Shown: positions 61,401 to 64,000 of the stretch, in pieces
How the letters are laid out: the number at the start of each line of letters is the position of its first letter
Position numbering within the stretch: position 1 is the stretch's first letter
Origin: Phoronis australis
Lineage: Eukaryota; Animalia; Phoronida
Direction of reading: 5' to 3'
Assembly (NCBI GenBank): GCA_002633005.1
Contig: NMRA01000050.1
Coordinates: forward strand, 212,161 to 276,160
DNA length: 64,000 nucleotides
Translations under genes and position numbers: made by a program
The notes under the pieces: model-generated
The model's input: only the letters and a program-made list of their open reading frames with translations
Databases searched by the model: none
What the model was told of the DNA's origin: nothing

Positions 61401-62624
61401 CTCAATTGTCCCTCGACAGATCGACTATTTTATAGGGCTAATAAGCACAGGTGAACTTTTGGTCTTGTGACGGACCAGGCCTGCTTATTTGTGTAGGTAT
61501 TGACTCTCAGTGTACATCTGCTTCATCGACGAACTGGTTTAGTATATCTTTTCACCACGGTTTACACTATGTTTTGGTTCCGTGAAAATGTTTTCAGGTG
61601 ATTTGTTTCCTGATACATTTGACATTTTTCAATTGTTGCGACATACAGTAGCCCAACAGTCAACGTAATTTAGCTTAATAAAGTGATATTTAAATGTTTA
61701 TTCTAAAAATCGGTGTGTGTAGACAGATGTTCCAACTAAAATTTTGCTGCTGACGTGTCTCATACTCAGATGTACACAAATATGGTTTTGAGGAACTTAT
61801 GAGCCGAGTTCATCTCAAGAAAAACTCCAGAGAGACCTTAACTGCCACATACTCGTCAGGATGCATGGAAATTGCACTATTTGGCTACCAAAACAAAAAA
61901 TGTCTGATACGGGAGGAGAGAAACGTCCCAACTTTTGGCGCTACGCGCCTCGAATACTCTCTTTGCGCGAATCATAACACCCTTACTGAAAACGTAGATC
62001 CGCCACTGGGCCAGAACCCTTACGTGCTCCTGGTACATGCTTCTCACTGAAATTCGGTTAAATTAATGCAGCTTCACTGAGTGATGGCAATCAGTCGGAG
62101 AGAGTCTTCATTCCTGCAAGCTCGTGTAATGTGTTGTTTCGGGAGTATCTGAGCTGCCCGAGAGCAATTCTCAGCGCACAGGGAAGCATCTTACATGAAT
62201 TTGGGACTACTCATTTATCTGTACATATGTGTGTGTGCGTGCGTTCGCGCGTGCGTGTGTAATTGTGTTGTGTATATGTTTTTTATTCTGTTGATATGCA
62301 TCAGTGCTTCTTAGGCTTAACGATAGGTCACGTGATGTGACCAACATATGGCCAAGAATTCTTACGTACATGTATACGATATCTATTGAGGTGTAACGCT
62401 ATGGGGCTTAGTATCTTTATCAGGCGACAATTTGCATTTTTGGCTGGATAAATGTTTGGTCTTGCACCTAGATTATCATAATAGTGATGTACTAGCCTGT
62501 AAACTCTGTCGATGTTAGAGCGAAAGTTTTTGTCACACTATTTTCACCAGCATTGACTGTTCTCTTCCCAGGGAATCCTACAGTGTCACGCAGACTGGGT
62601 AAAAAAGTATGGGAAAGTGGTCGG
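55435..62624 (+). CDS. Cytochrome P450 clan 3 (CYP3A-like), paralog 3, exons 1-3 (presumably continues beyond the window)
   Basis: Exons 55435-55520, 56053-56155, 62572-62624 (86/103/53 nt, same sizes and phases as paralogs 1 and 2): [81 protein letters not shown]. Confidence 0.88.
55706..55939 (-). mobile_element. tRNA-derived SINE, near full-length copy
   Basis: Reverse complement aligns along the whole of 10469-10700. Confidence 0.85.
59350..60897 (+). pseudogene. Decayed hAT transposase C-terminal half (PRKRIR/ZMYM1-like, hATC dimerisation domain)
   Basis: IPFLDNL (~60225), FPNVRELL (~60635), IPIGSCEAERSLSVIRLVKTHLKATIFEERLAGLSLM (60667-60897); interrupted by probable introns and frameshifts. 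Confidence 0.8.
60930..61102. repeat. Tandem repeat, ~58-bp unit x3
   Basis: cataaagtaca.gtatgagca.ccacaggggattaaaaagtgtctaggggacagctt x3. Confidence 0.92.
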
Positions 62625-63639
62625 GTAAGTGTCTTGGATTTTTGTGTCGTTTTACGATTTGAATTCTGCAGATAAAGTGAATGTTCTTTATAATACAAAC
62701 GAAAAATTATAGTTGGATAATCGGTTTTGTAGTTTAGATTCTTAACGTGTCGTTTGGCATCATCTGGAACTATGATATCATACGGATCTTTTACAAAGCC
62801 GATAAAACTAATATGGGAACATATGAAAGGGCTTTTACCATCCACGAACTTTCTTGTTTTTTTCCAAAACTTGCGTATCTTTTAGTATTAGTAATGACTG
62901 CCCTTCCAATAACCCCAAAGACAGACCCATTCTAAGATTCTCAATCAAAAGTCTACAAATTTGTCACGAAATCGCCCGGAAACACAAAACAAATTTTGAT
63001 ATTTTTATTTATGTTGGTCCTTGATTCTGACCCGGATGTGAGGCAAGATGGCATGATGCTCAATCTGGCTAAGAAACTCACCGTGGGATTGTGGAGAACA
63101 CAACAGTTCACCACGTGATAATGCGAGGTCACGTTTTATACACAGGGCATCGAAACGGATTCTAACGTTTTGTAAGTTCACCGATAATTCGACTTATGGT
63201 TCAATTAAAACGAAATAGAAAACCTGAAGTATGCACACAATACGTTGACTGAATTTACTGATAAACTTTACTTAAGACAACAAGAGCAGCAAGTCCTCCG
63301 TGTGTATCACATACAATGCAGATACAAGAAATGAGAATCATTTTGAACATATCCACTTAAGGGAGCAATTTCATTTTAAAGTAGCCTCTAGGGCAAGCAA
63401 AGCATGTGATCAATGGTCTGTTTATTAGGAACACAACTGCCAACTTTCACCATGGTTCTTAAAGCACTTTGAAGGCTAGGGTGAAGATTGACAAACACAA
63501 AAACAATAAAAAGCAACTAAAAGACGCAAAAAGAAAAAGTGCTACTGGGGAAGCCACAGTAGTCGGAGCCGCTTGAAAATCATCGTTAGCCTTGCTCTTT
63601 CTACTCGTCGGAACACATATTTCAATTTTCTTAGAGTAG

Positions 63640-63990
63640 TTGGTCGATAGAGGTGGACACTAAGTTGCCTCTCCATGTCGCTGAATACGTCAAACTCATT
63701 TAAAGATGAAAAGGGCCGTCGTCTCCTTAGGTGCCTATTCGCCAAGTTTATGAAAATTCGTCAAGGAACTCCGACGATACAGAGGTAAAAACAAAAGGAT
63801 AAACAAGTAAAATTGCCACCAGGGTGCATAGCAGTAATTAGACTAGTCTGCAAATTCGCTGGCGCCGTCCGATTTATGACAGGCCATCTACAAAGTTTCA
63901 CAAACATCCGTTCATTTAGGTGTTTTAGTTTCACCACCACATGCCGGACGGATGGACGTTCGGAACGGGTGACGGCATTATATGCACACA
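63640..63990 (-). mobile_element. HINE-like element 5' part (related to 39305-45815)
   Basis: Minus strand has a gtccatccgtcc microsatellite, gaaactttgtag, and agttccttgacgaattttcat matching 45230-45250. Confidence 0.5.
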
Positions 63991-64000
63991 CACACACACA

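Larger units (their letters stand above)
58617..62008 (+). mobile_element. hAT DNA transposon with internal deletion (~3.4 kb)
   Basis: TIRs CAGTGACGGCTC / GATCCGCCACTG; decayed transposase inside; subterminal repeat arrays at 61120-61560. Confidence 0.8.

Noticed and set aside
60930-61560. Regularly spaced repeats as a CRISPR-like array
   Set aside because: Plain tandem units and hAT subterminal repeats without unique spacers, in a eukaryotic context with no cas genes
62625-64000. Paralog 3 as a truncated pseudogene because exon 4 is not seen
   Set aside because: Only 1.4 kb of intron 3 is in view and it ends in a TE; exon 4 may lie beyond the window

Overview
Eukaryotic (invertebrate metazoan-like, AT-rich, intron-rich) genomic DNA holding a tandem, same-strand cluster of clan-3 (CYP3A-like) cytochrome P450 genes. 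Two complete 14-exon genes could be reconstructed by hand (6437-20418 and 26371-52068, both 514 aa). Exons 1-3 of a third paralog lie at 55435-62624 and it runs off the window. Introns and spacers are filled with transposon debris: Kolobok-like, hAT-like elements with unusual 5-bp TSDs, ISL2EU-like, Harbinger MITE, Helentron-associated HINE-like repeats, Penelope-like, L1/Tx1, tRNA-derived SINEs and an LTR fragment. Most of the ORF track is spurious. Best leads: a GC splice donor unique to paralog 1, apparent homogenisation of the heme-binding exon between paralogs, a three-level nested transposon stack in intron 8 of gene 2, several hAT families with 5-bp TSDs, and a decayed intronic minimal hammerhead. 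I see no convincing wholly novel system. All family assignments are by eye, without database searches.
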